DNA of 64,000 nt, from the IMG/VR virus record IMGVR_UViG_3300023109_001684. One strand, 5' to 3'. Below, piece by piece: positions 9,984 to 19,232 of the stretch. The position numbers and the translations under genes are program-made. The notes beneath the pieces are model-generated. The model was not told where the DNA came from and ran no database searches. It saw only the letters and a program-made list of their open reading frames with translations. The DNA is from a virus. Within the stretch, counting starts at the first letter, position 1; each line of letters opens with the position of its first letter.

Positions 9984-10551
9984 TTTTAAACCTTATGTCA
10001 AATGCAATATTAATTCTAGATTTATTAGATAAATTCGGTTCAACTTCGTGCGGTAACCAACTAGGCCACATAATTAAATCTTTGTCCTTAGGTGAAAAGA
10101 AAAAGTCTCTAGTAAATGGACTTTTTGTATTACACTCACCTAATGTATTTGCAGGATTCATAATACGGAGATCACCTGTACCTGATCCTTGTATATAATA
10201 CACTCCGGATAATATTCCAGGCTTGTGTGCATGCATAACATTTCTCGAACCGATATTATTTACGTTTGCCCAGTAATGAATGTCAAACTGTTGATTAGAA
10301 TACATTGCAAAAGTATTATCAATATCTGAATAATATTTAAATTGTTCTTTTACTGATGTTTCTATTGCCTCTAATAAAAATTTAATATTATGTAATTGTT
10401 GAGTACCCCGCCAGCAACCGTCGTTACTAAACGAACTATTAGGAAACTTTGTACTGTTTTCTAATATTTCTTGTTTTAATAAATCTAAATTACTATCTGA
10501 ACCAACTTCATTATAATTAAAAAGTCCAGCATGTAGGATTGTTGGGATCAT
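9973..10551 (-). CDS. 2OG-Fe(II) oxygenase, TIGR02466-like
   Basis: WANVN...HAH...LSGVYY...PSWLPHEV...RINIAF. Confidence 0.85.
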   Translation of the reverse strand: MIPTILHAGLFNYNEVGSDSNLDLLKQEILENSTKFPNSSFSNDGCWRGTQQLHNIKFLLEAIETSVKEQFKYYSDIDNTFAMYSNQQFDIHYWANVNNIGSRNVMHAHKPGILSGVYYIQGSGTGDLRIMNPANTLGECNTKSPFTRDFFFSPKDKDLIMWPSWLPHEVEPNLSNKSRINIAFDIRFKNEN

Positions 10552-12059
10552 CTATCATACCAATCAGTTAAGTACTCGTATTGATTTTTAAACATGTTTT
10601 CAACTAAATCTAATCTTGCATTAGTGCAATCAATAAAATACTTTCCGTATCGTTCTTGAGATTCTGTTAAGTACGGCTCTACGTCTTTATATGCGCCGCC
10701 TGCGTGTAATACACTAAACCATTGAGTAATATTAAACATACTACTTGGTGTTAAATTCATAAAGCGTTGAGGATAAGGCAAAAATGCTGATAATATATCT
10801 TTAATAAACTTTGGCATTTCTTCTAATTTTTGCTCACGTATTTCTTTCCAGTACGGTGTATCATTACGTGAACTAAAGTAATAGTGCGCCCAAACAAATG
10901 CTAGAATTTCTTCTGACATTTCACTAAAGCCTCTATTAATAAATCCTTTTGTTTCAGTATTCCAAATATTTCCAGTATTATTCAATAAATCAACAATGCT
11001 CATAACTGCACCTGTTGTAAACGTAATGCCTGTTGCTTCTAACGGTTCAACAAATCCTGCACTTAGTCCAACTGCAATTACATTTTTTACTGCAATTTCT
11101 TTGTGATACCCGCATTTCATTTTTAAATGATTTGCAGGAGCTACGTATTCTCCAATTGACTCACGCAACTCTGCTTCAGCGTCTTCTTTAGATATATGCT
11201 TACTAGAATATACATACCCATTTCCTACTCTTGTAAAAATAGGAATAGTAAAGCGCCAACCTGCTTTCATTGTAGTTGCTTTTGTATACGGAAAACATTC
11301 TTCTTCTGGATTTTTATATTGTTTAGGTATAACTACTGCACTATCATTTAGCAGTATGTCGTTATAACTATGGAAGGGAATATTAAGTTCTTTTTCAAGT
11401 AATCTACTTTGAAATCCTGTACAATCAATATATAAGTCTGCAGAATACTTATTTCCATTAGAGTCTATTAATGCTGTTATACCGTTTTGATCTTTTTGTA
11501 TATTGTCTATTTTAGCATCAATATGTTGTATTGTGTCGCCTAATATTTCTTTAAGAGTTTTAATTATATTATGAGCATTAAAATGTACTGCACCAAAGTG
11601 TAATGGCCCCATACGATGATTTACATCTAAGTAGTCATCAAATTTTTGACATATGTTTTGTTTTGCAAGACGGTATGCAGGATGATAGTCTTTAAATTCT
11701 TTATTTGTTTTACCTATAAAGTAATCAGAGATATAATAATCTTCTGCAATTAATGTATTATCAGGAGAGTCGTTATCTACAAAGTACGGCTCATCATTCC
11801 ATCCCTCAAGCTCAACACCATACTTAAAACTAGCATCACTTGTATTCATCCATTGCTTTGGTGGTATACCGCATTTACCTAAAAAGTGTGCGGTGGCAGG
11901 TTGTGTTCCTTCACCAACTCCGATTGGCCCTGCACTGACATCTTCTATTAATGTTATTTTAGTGGGACGTTGTAAATTTCTAGACATATATGCAGCAGTT
12001 AGCCAGCCGCTTGTTCCGCCGCCAAAGATTATTATGTGTTGTACTTTATTTAAAAACAT
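10548..12059 (-). CDS. Flavin-dependent halogenase, tryptophan halogenase (PrnA) family
   Basis: GGGTSG FAD motif, GVGEGT, catalytic-Lys region ASFKYG, DCTGF, GWRFTIP and FVEPLEATGI. Confidence 0.9.
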   Translation of the reverse strand: MFLNKVQHIIIFGGGTSGWLTAAYMSRNLQRPTKITLIEDVSAGPIGVGEGTQPATAHFLGKCGIPPKQWMNTSDASFKYGVELEGWNDEPYFVDNDSPDNTLIAEDYYISDYFIGKTNKEFKDYHPAYRLAKQNICQKFDDYLDVNHRMGPLHFGAVHFNAHNIIKTLKEILGDTIQHIDAKIDNIQKDQNGITALIDSNGNKYSADLYIDCTGFQSRLLEKELNIPFHSYNDILLNDSAVVIPKQYKNPEEECFPYTKATTMKAGWRFTIPIFTRVGNGYVYSSKHISKEDAEAELRESIGEYVAPANHLKMKCGYHKEIAVKNVIAVGLSAGFVEPLEATGITFTTGAVMSIVDLLNNTGNIWNTETKGFINRGFSEMSEEILAFVWAHYYFSSRNDTPYWKEIREQKLEEMPKFIKDILSAFLPYPQRFMNLTPSSMFNITQWFSVLHAGGAYKDVEPYLTESQERYGKYFIDCTNARLDLVENMFKNQYEYLTDWYDR

Positions 12060-12062
12060 TTT

Positions 12063-12662
12063 TTATTCCTGATATGTGTATCTAAAATCAGCATTAAATG
12101 CCAATGATATTCTAGTATTAGTTGTCCGGTTGGGCATAACTTTATGTAATAGCCAATTTGGAAATAATAAAAGCATGCTTTGCTCTACTGCTATATTTAC
12201 AATATTTGTATAAGTTGGTGTCTGATGTGGGAACGATACTACAAACGGATTTGGGCTTTTGAATTGTATATCGCCACTGCCTGGAGTAAATTTATGATAA
12301 TATACTCCGCTTACTACATTTGGTTGATACCCGTGTTCGTGAAATCCAATTAACTGTTCAGTAGAAAATTTATTAAGCCACGAACTGTTTACATTAATAC
12401 TATCAGTTTGATAACGTTGCCCAGTTTGTTCTAAGTAGTTTTTAACATGTTGTTTTATAACATCATTAGTAACTTTCATATCAAAAGTTGGTATGATATT
12501 CATCATATCATTACTAAAGGTTGTTTCAGCTGTATCGTTATCAGGTTGCCAATCATTTTTAAATATAGCACTAGACACTACATTATCTATTTCAATATCT
12601 AATAAGTCAGTATCTTCAACAGTATGAATATAGATTGGGGTAGAGAAAAAGTTTTCAATCAT
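12063..12662 (-). CDS. 2OG-Fe(II) oxygenase, TIGR02466-like
   Basis: FSTPIY, SWLN...HEH...VSGVYY...FPNWLLHKV...RISLAFN. Confidence 0.85.
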   Translation of the reverse strand: MIENFFSTPIYIHTVEDTDLLDIEIDNVVSSAIFKNDWQPDNDTAETTFSNDMMNIIPTFDMKVTNDVIKQHVKNYLEQTGQRYQTDSINVNSSWLNKFSTEQLIGFHEHGYQPNVVSGVYYHKFTPGSGDIQFKSPNPFVVSFPHQTPTYTNIVNIAVEQSMLLLFPNWLLHKVMPNRTTNTRISLAFNADFRYTYQE

Positions 12663-14326
12663 TTAGCTACAACAAGTATATATAACCCGTTCCACCATTG
12701 ACTAATATCTTCAACATCATTTAGCATTAGTTTTTCGTATGTAACATAACCTCCGCACTCATTAATGCCTTCTCTAGCACCATTAACTACTCCGTCCCAA
12801 TTTGCATCATCAAATATTAAAACAGTTTCGTTTTTAAAAGTATTCCAATAATGTTTAACTACATTCTTTGTAGATTCTTGATCATGAGGACCATCGTAGA
12901 AAAACATGCTAAATGCATTTGACATATTTGTAGTATCAATTGCAAACATATCATTATTAATTACTTCAATTCTATTATTGCCTTTATACGGTTCAACATT
13001 TTTAATAAACTCATCTAAAGAGTTAGGAGGAGTAGTACTTCCATTAGCTGGCTGTATTTGCTCTTCCCACTTATCGATAGCAACAGCAAGAAGCATATTG
13101 TCTTTTAATACCGAACTTAGAGTTGCTCCTAAATACGATCCAATTTCTAAATAAGAGTCGACACCTTTTGCAATAGAGTTAAGAAGAGTTTGTACTCTAG
13201 GTGAAGTTAGCCCAGGTATGTCAACTTTTGTTGTAGGAATACCGCTTGACTCAACACAAGTAACTACATGCTTAACTAAATCGCTGTGATCAATTTCTGT
13301 TTTTGCTTTGTAAATTTTATCGCAAAATTGACATTCCCAACAGTCAAATTTACAGTTCTTAATAAGTTTGCGCCATGCGTCAATAGGACGTTCTTTTAAA
13401 TTTGTATCTTCTAAATATTGGTTAAATGTTTCTATTAATATTTCTTCGTTATCGTCCCATTTTTTAATTATAGTCATGGTTTCGAAAAGTCTACTTACTG
13501 CTTCTCTACCATGCATTTTAAATACGTCAATACCGCAATCATTAATCAATTCTTCCCAATCTTCTTTCCATGGCGGCAGATCAGAAGTTTTTAAATGTAC
13601 TGCTGGATCTATAAAGTCCCATTTAGGACAACTTACTCGACTTATAGGATCATTAAAGTATTGCGGATCGTTACCTTGTCTAGTATTATTATATTCAAAA
13701 TGTTCTACCATCATAGGGCAGTTACCTAAACACCCTTCATTTGCTAATAAACTAATTTTAATTTCTTTTCCTAAATTATCCTTAATCCATTCTTTAGCGG
13801 CTTTAATGCGTAATAGCGTATCTCTGTCACGCATTAAGTCTCTATCTAAATTGATATAATCAAACCCAACTTTAGCAAGATTTACTATTTCAGTTGCAGT
13901 TCTTACATCACGTAAAATAGTATTCTTAACCATTAACTCAGGAAATGCACGTTTTATTTGACCAGTTGCCATCCAGTGTGTATGTGGTATAGTAGCTATA
14001 CGTACACCTGCATCATATATAGGTTTGAAATTCTTTATAAAGAGATCTAAATTCTTTTGTGTCGGGGGAACTTGTATATTATTAAATGTTGCACTGATCG
14101 GAATATCTAAACTTTTTTGTATATAGATAGCCATGTCAATAGCATGAGAATAGTCTTCGTTATGTATAAAGATATCTCCCATTGCATCTTGTGCAAAGGG
14201 GGAAATCCTCGAAGTAAAATATACATCGTAAATTAAATGTTTATATGTTTTTAGAAAAGAAATAAACTCGTCGAATTCTTCTTTACTTAATTTAGGATTT
14301 AAAGGTACACTGAATATCTTTTGCAT
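12659..14326 (-). CDS. Peptidase U32-like (Fe-S hydroxylase family) domain fused to class I SAM methyltransferase
   Basis: INLDRDLMRD, LLANEGCLGNCP, DVFKMHGRE and CKFDCWECQFC; C-terminal YLEIGSYLG, FFYDGPH and LIFDD. Confidence 0.75.
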   Translation of the reverse strand: MQKIFSVPLNPKLSKEEFDEFISFLKTYKHLIYDVYFTSRISPFAQDAMGDIFIHNEDYSHAIDMAIYIQKSLDIPISATFNNIQVPPTQKNLDLFIKNFKPIYDAGVRIATIPHTHWMATGQIKRAFPELMVKNTILRDVRTATEIVNLAKVGFDYINLDRDLMRDRDTLLRIKAAKEWIKDNLGKEIKISLLANEGCLGNCPMMVEHFEYNNTRQGNDPQYFNDPISRVSCPKWDFIDPAVHLKTSDLPPWKEDWEELINDCGIDVFKMHGREAVSRLFETMTIIKKWDDNEEILIETFNQYLEDTNLKERPIDAWRKLIKNCKFDCWECQFCDKIYKAKTEIDHSDLVKHVVTCVESSGIPTTKVDIPGLTSPRVQTLLNSIAKGVDSYLEIGSYLGATLSSVLKDNMLLAVAIDKWEEQIQPANGSTTPPNSLDEFIKNVEPYKGNNRIEVINNDMFAIDTTNMSNAFSMFFYDGPHDQESTKNVVKHYWNTFKNETVLIFDDANWDGVVNGAREGINECGGYVTYEKLMLNDVEDISQWWNGLYILVVAK

Positions 14327-14348
14327 TAATTATCTCACTCTCTATTAG

Positions 14349-14354
14349 TAGTTA
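14349..14354 (-). promoter_or_regulatory. Late-promoter variant TAACTA at the head of the enzyme cassette
   Basis: ATAACTACTAATAG about 23 nt upstream of ATG 14326; the same variant occurs at 4924-4929. Confidence 0.5.
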
Positions 14355-14378
14355 TTATAACAGAGAGTGAGCTAGTTG

Positions 14379-14927
14379 TCAAGTTGGTTCTAGCCAATGT
14401 ATCTTAAATTTTGGAGCTCTCTTCCTGCGCATATTAATCGGAAACCCTACATCAAAGTAGTCATACATTAATTCTTGGGTTGCATTTATAGTAGTTAATT
14501 GATTAATTGCTGCATTTAAACCAGCAACTGATTTACTGTTTGGCTCAGTATGATTTTTTAAGTGTATTCGCATTATAGTTTTATAAAATTCTACACAGTT
14601 AAGGGTATCTGTTTGTGTAAGTCTGTAGTAAACTTTAGTTTCATCCAGTTCTTCAGTATCTCCGCTTCCGTCAAATATTTCAGCATAAACGTTTGTCGAC
14701 TTTCTTACAGAAATTTCACCTTCGTGGGCACTAGTAAATTTATAAGCTTTAGCTACATTCTCTGATACTTTCTGACCATGTAACCAAGAGTACACAATGT
14801 CATCGTTATTGCTAGGAAATTTAATGACGCTATAGCACCAAAACTCTCCCATTCTTTCCATTAGAGGATGCAATCGAGGATCGTCACCTGCAACAGTTTC
14901 ATGTATTATATAAGTCGTATCCGTCAT
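14379..14927 (-). CDS. Hypothetical protein
   Basis: 182-aa ORF overlapping the upstream gene on the same strand. Confidence 0.7.
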   Translation of the reverse strand: MTDTTYIIHETVAGDDPRLHPLMERMGEFWCYSVIKFPSNNDDIVYSWLHGQKVSENVAKAYKFTSAHEGEISVRKSTNVYAEIFDGSGDTEELDETKVYYRLTQTDTLNCVEFYKTIMRIHLKNHTEPNSKSVAGLNAAINQLTTINATQELMYDYFDVGFPINMRRKRAPKFKIHWLEPT

Positions 14928-15759
14928 CTAATGTTGTATCCTGTGTAGTTAGTTGCGGCCCGGCATTTGGTGAATTATCTATACCCAATGACGTTAAGTC
15001 TGGTTTAGTAAGCGACAAATTACTTCCGTTCTCAAGACCTAAATCTTTCTCAACTTCTAATTGAATAGCAGTTTCGGCTTCTTTCAACTGCGTAGCAAAA
15101 CTATGAGCTAATGCTAAAGTGTGCGCTTGTTGTTCTTCGCTCATACTTAATATTGCATCCATATTACCTGTATTAACTCGACCATAGAATAACAAATCTG
15201 ATGCTGCTTGTTTACCTAATCTATGTGTCCAATACTCTTGTTCATACAGATCTTCTTCGTCTGTATTAATAATATCAAAGTAAGTTCTACCGGTACCGTC
15301 TGGTAATAGTACTTCGGGTGATGCTTTAAATTCATTTATGAGATCGATAAATTGTTGTCTTTCTAAAAACCAATCTTGTAGTCTACGTCTAGTAGCAACT
15401 TGTTGTCTGTTTAACTTGTCTGCTTCTATTGCGTGTAATCTTTTCTCAAATGGGTCAGGATCGTGTTCTGCTAGATAAGTGTGTCTATCTATTTCAACTT
15501 GCCATTTTAGAATTTCGTATTCTGTATGTTCAATACCTTCTTCACGAGTACGTAACTCTAAAAGCCACTGACGCAATTTTGCAAAAGGTGTTATTTGAGT
15601 TTGACCTACAAAGTATCTCATTTTGAACTTTGGGTTAGTCCATTCTTTGTTTATAGCAAACAATACAGTTTGCTGATCTTCATCAGATAACGAATCGGTA
15701 TTAGTTCTTAAATCATTTATATAGTGGGTGTTCGCAAACTGCGCTAATCTATCAACCAT
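14899..15759 (-). CDS. Helical/coiled-coil phage protein following the beta-propeller fibre genes
   Basis: 286-aa charged helical ORF with GGAG RBS; TAAATA at 15786-15791. Confidence 0.7.
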   Translation of the reverse strand: MVDRLAQFANTHYINDLRTNTDSLSDEDQQTVLFAINKEWTNPKFKMRYFVGQTQITPFAKLRQWLLELRTREEGIEHTEYEILKWQVEIDRHTYLAEHDPDPFEKRLHAIEADKLNRQQVATRRRLQDWFLERQQFIDLINEFKASPEVLLPDGTGRTYFDIINTDEEDLYEQEYWTHRLGKQAASDLLFYGRVNTGNMDAILSMSEEQQAHTLALAHSFATQLKEAETAIQLEVEKDLGLENGSNLSLTKPDLTSLGIDNSPNAGPQLTTQDTTLDDGYDLYNT

Positions 15760-15792
15760 AATATCTCCTAAGGCTTATGTGAAAATATTTAG

Positions 15793-17262
15793 TTAGTCTC
15801 GCCAGCCACCGATACCTGAACTGGTACCTGGTATTCCTGATGGTTGCATTGACGATGCTCCAGTTGTTTGCACTTCTGTTGCATACACAAATTTTGCTGA
15901 TAAATTATTCTGTAGTCCGTTATACTGACCTAACATATACTGATGATCTTGGCCTAGTGTATAGTTTTCTTCGCCACAGTTAGTATATGCTTTACCAATA
16001 CCAGGAGTAGTTACTGTACCAGTCGTAAAGTTTGTTTTACGATATGTATATCCACCGGCCCAAGATCCTTCATTACCTGCATATCCATTAACTACCTTAC
16101 TTTGAATAGATTTTTGTTGGAAATGTCTTCCTGAATGTGTTCCGGAACGTGTAGTTATTGTTTCTGTAGCAAAAACGAAATCCCAGTGGTTTACGCCGCC
16201 GCCACTGCCTTCTCCACTATACCAAATACCGTAATTTTCATCACAAGTCATACCCCACGGTCCGCCTGCTGTAGCGCCACCTTGCCCACTGTAACTCGGA
16301 TTGTTAAAAATACTTGAAGTTACCATAGATTCTGTAATAGTATCAAATTTTTCAATTTCTCCTCTATTACCGCCCATAATCCAAGTAGCATAATGTTCTT
16401 TAAATACAGTACCCATATGCCCGCGGCTGTTTGCCATATGTGAGCGACTCTGCGGGGAAAACGCAGTTTCTGTTCTTGAACTAAATCCTGTAGTTAAGTT
16501 ACTAGATGCATTGTGTGCATTACCTGCACCAAACACAAAAATTCTATCTTTACCTACTGCACCTGCTTTGTAGTTAAAGGTTCTATCTAATAAATCTCCT
16601 AGATCAGTAGTAACATCTGTTGCTGCAACAGTTCTGTTGACTCTTTTGTACGTTACTCCTGACTTATATCCGCCTAAAATATAACCATTAGTAATAATAC
16701 TTCTATGGAGGTACGGAATAGTAAAGTCTTCCCATTTGCCGTCATATTCAGTTGTATAAAATTCTACTTTATTTTTATCTGTATTATAACGAATTACACC
16801 AGCATCAGGAATAACATCAAACAAATACATTGCAGAGTAATTATCAAATGAATAGTTTCCAGCTGCATAGTCTTTATAGTAGATATACATTGTGTCGCCG
16901 TAACCGGTTAGATATGGCTTGTTAGTTTCAATGAGTGTCCACCCGGTGAGGTCAACAGCTGACCAGCTGTCCTGGCGCATTAGATAAACTCTGCAGGCTG
17001 GCAATGCCCACGTTGATCCTTGAGTGTCATTAATACAAGTTGTGGTCCTTAATCCTAACAGATAGTCTGGTAAATTTCTATAGTCTGCCCAACCTGATCC
17101 GTTACCACTAATTGTAAGAGATAAACCGTTTGAAGCGATAGCAGTATTATTATTAAATAATCCACTTAATGTTATATTTAAAGTTCCTCTTTCAGCAGTT
17201 GTGCCGCCAGGTATTTTAATATAACCTGTGTCATTAATAATACTATTTTTTAACGTTGCCAT
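15793..17262 (-). CDS. Virion protein with Kelch-like beta-propeller (candidate receptor-binding tip)
   Basis: MATLK..I.DTG..IPGGTTAER adaptor followed by GG-containing blade repeats; paralogue of 17275..18321. Confidence 0.65.
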   Translation of the reverse strand: MATLKNSIINDTGYIKIPGGTTAERGTLNITLSGLFNNNTAIASNGLSLTISGNGSGWADYRNLPDYLLGLRTTTCINDTQGSTWALPACRVYLMRQDSWSAVDLTGWTLIETNKPYLTGYGDTMYIYYKDYAAGNYSFDNYSAMYLFDVIPDAGVIRYNTDKNKVEFYTTEYDGKWEDFTIPYLHRSIITNGYILGGYKSGVTYKRVNRTVAATDVTTDLGDLLDRTFNYKAGAVGKDRIFVFGAGNAHNASSNLTTGFSSRTETAFSPQSRSHMANSRGHMGTVFKEHYATWIMGGNRGEIEKFDTITESMVTSSIFNNPSYSGQGGATAGGPWGMTCDENYGIWYSGEGSGGGVNHWDFVFATETITTRSGTHSGRHFQQKSIQSKVVNGYAGNEGSWAGGYTYRKTNFTTGTVTTPGIGKAYTNCGEENYTLGQDHQYMLGQYNGLQNNLSAKFVYATEVQTTGASSMQPSGIPGTSSGIGGWRD

Positions 17263-17274
17263 ATTTATATTTCC

Positions 17275-18321
17275 TTAAGATGTCCATGCTGCAACAGCAC
17301 TACTCATTCCTGCGTGACCTTTAGGTTCACCCGACGAGCCAAGTTGGAAGCCTGTTTGTGTACTATAGTTCCATCTGTGACTTAAATTATTTTGCAGTCC
17401 ATTATACTGACCTAACATATACTGATGGTCTTGACCCATTGTATAGTTTTCTTCACCACAATTGCCAATTGGTTTATTTACAGTTCCGCTAGTAGTATTA
17501 GTATACATATTAGTTACACGATACGTATAGCCGCCGTTATAAGACCCATTGTCGCCACACCATTGATACGAGTGCTTTGACTGTACTGATTTTTGTTGGT
17601 GATGATTGCTTACTGTTGTTCCGCCTCTAGAAGTAAGTGTTCTTGTAGCAAATGTCCAATTCCTATTGTCATTTGATGTAAATAGAATTGCAAAATTTTC
17701 ATGACTCATTGCCCATGCATTACCTGTTGTATATGAACTACCGCTTGCACCAATATGAGTTTTTGTGGTCATATTGTATTCTTCAATTTCTGCGTTACCG
17801 CCTCCATGTATCCAAGCATAATCGTTTTCTTGGAACGCACAACCAAAGCGTATTCTGTTATGATTCATATTACGATTTATATCAGTCATATTTTGTTCAG
17901 TGCGCATGTTATATGCAATAACATAGTTTGATGCTACAACATGTCCGTTACCTGCGCCAAAGGTATATGCATAATCTTTTGAACATGCACCAGCTTGATA
18001 GTTATGTCCTCTTTCAATACTACCGTCGCCTAGGTTAATTGTTGTGTCTGTTGATGTAAAACATTTGTTTACATTACTCCATACCGCTGAACTTTTATAT
18101 CCGCCGTGTACATATGCTGTTGATATAATTTGTCTATACGGAAACGCAATAGTATTTGTTTCCCAACCAAACCCGCTCCAGTATTCTAGATCACCGCTTG
18201 TACTATTAATTCTTACTGCGCCTAGTACACTTGGGTCTCCAGCCGGGCGTTCAGCATCATTACCTATCGGTAATCGTAAGTAGCCTGTGTCATTAATAGT
18301 TGTTGCTTTTAAATTTGCCAT
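17275..18321 (-). CDS. Virion protein with Kelch-like beta-propeller
   Basis: Same N-terminal adaptor; shares CGEENYTxGQDHQYMLGQYNGLQNNLS with its neighbour. Confidence 0.65.
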   Translation of the reverse strand: MANLKATTINDTGYLRLPIGNDAERPAGDPSVLGAVRINSTSGDLEYWSGFGWETNTIAFPYRQIISTAYVHGGYKSSAVWSNVNKCFTSTDTTINLGDGSIERGHNYQAGACSKDYAYTFGAGNGHVVASNYVIAYNMRTEQNMTDINRNMNHNRIRFGCAFQENDYAWIHGGGNAEIEEYNMTTKTHIGASGSSYTTGNAWAMSHENFAILFTSNDNRNWTFATRTLTSRGGTTVSNHHQQKSVQSKHSYQWCGDNGSYNGGYTYRVTNMYTNTTSGTVNKPIGNCGEENYTMGQDHQYMLGQYNGLQNNLSHRWNYSTQTGFQLGSSGEPKGHAGMSSAVAAWTS

Positions 18322-18324
18322 GTT

Positions 18325-19224
18325 TTATATCCCAAACTTGTTTCTAAGTGCGACTGTATTTCTTATCATATCATCGTCATCGAGTCCAGTACTATATATT
18401 GCAAAAAATGCTAACTTGGCATCCCATGTATTTGGATATTCTCTACAATTGCCTACTTGCGCTGCTGTTCCGTTTAAATCAATGTTTTTAGCAGTAGTAC
18501 CAGTTTCTACAAGATTAATACCATTTTTCCAAATACTTCTTGCTTGTTTATTTTTTAAAGACCTAAATGCAATTACATTCCAACGAGTCATTATTGGTTC
18601 TCCGTAGGGAGATGAGTTAGTGTCTATTCTTTCGTCTGCATCACAACACCCGCCTTGATCAAAATATATTTGATTATTTGACCAACTACAGTGAGCAAAT
18701 ATTCCTCGTCCTGGTGATGATGTAACTCCAGTGCCACCTTCCCATCTAAACGCTCCACTTGAGTTTGGACTATTTTGTCTAAATACCATAAAAACTGTAT
18801 AGCCGCTGTTATTATCAATGTTAAAACTATTTGACGCCGGGCCTTCTGCTCGTACGCCATTTGTTTCGATATATGGAATACCCGGGCTATTATGTTCGTG
18901 TGTTGTGTCGTATCCGATAGTTCTTGCAGTTGACCAAACAAAGTGTCTGTCGTTGCCACTTATATCAAGCCAATTTGTACCGCCACTTGTAAAGCTTGCT
19001 GAACTACCTACGTCTAGTACTAATTCTAGATTTGGACCAGTAATACCTCCGGTATTAGTTCTAGCATCTACCCAAAATCCTCTGTAATAAAATTCTACAT
19101 ATCCAAGATCAGTATTATACCTACAGTCGCCGTTTACTGGATTAGTTGGACGCTGACCTGTAGTTCCTACTGGTATTTTCATTGAAGCTGTATCATCAAT
19201 AATTGTATTTTTAAGTGTTGCCAT
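18325..19224 (-). CDS. Virion protein with concanavalin A/LamG-like lectin domain
   Basis: Same adaptor, then LELVLDVG..S...WLDISGNDRH ... WDAKLAFFAIYSTGL. Confidence 0.7.
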   Translation of the reverse strand: MATLKNTIIDDTASMKIPVGTTGQRPTNPVNGDCRYNTDLGYVEFYYRGFWVDARTNTGGITGPNLELVLDVGSSASFTSGGTNWLDISGNDRHFVWSTARTIGYDTTHEHNSPGIPYIETNGVRAEGPASNSFNIDNNSGYTVFMVFRQNSPNSSGAFRWEGGTGVTSSPGRGIFAHCSWSNNQIYFDQGGCCDADERIDTNSSPYGEPIMTRWNVIAFRSLKNKQARSIWKNGINLVETGTTAKNIDLNGTAAQVGNCREYPNTWDAKLAFFAIYSTGLDDDDMIRNTVALRNKFGI

Positions 19225-19232
19225 TTAGATTA

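Noticed and set aside
15900-17470. Near-identical DNA in the two propeller genes as a DGR template/variable repeat pair
   Set aside because: Differences are mostly synonymous and not adenine-specific; both copies are coding; no reverse transcriptase in the window.
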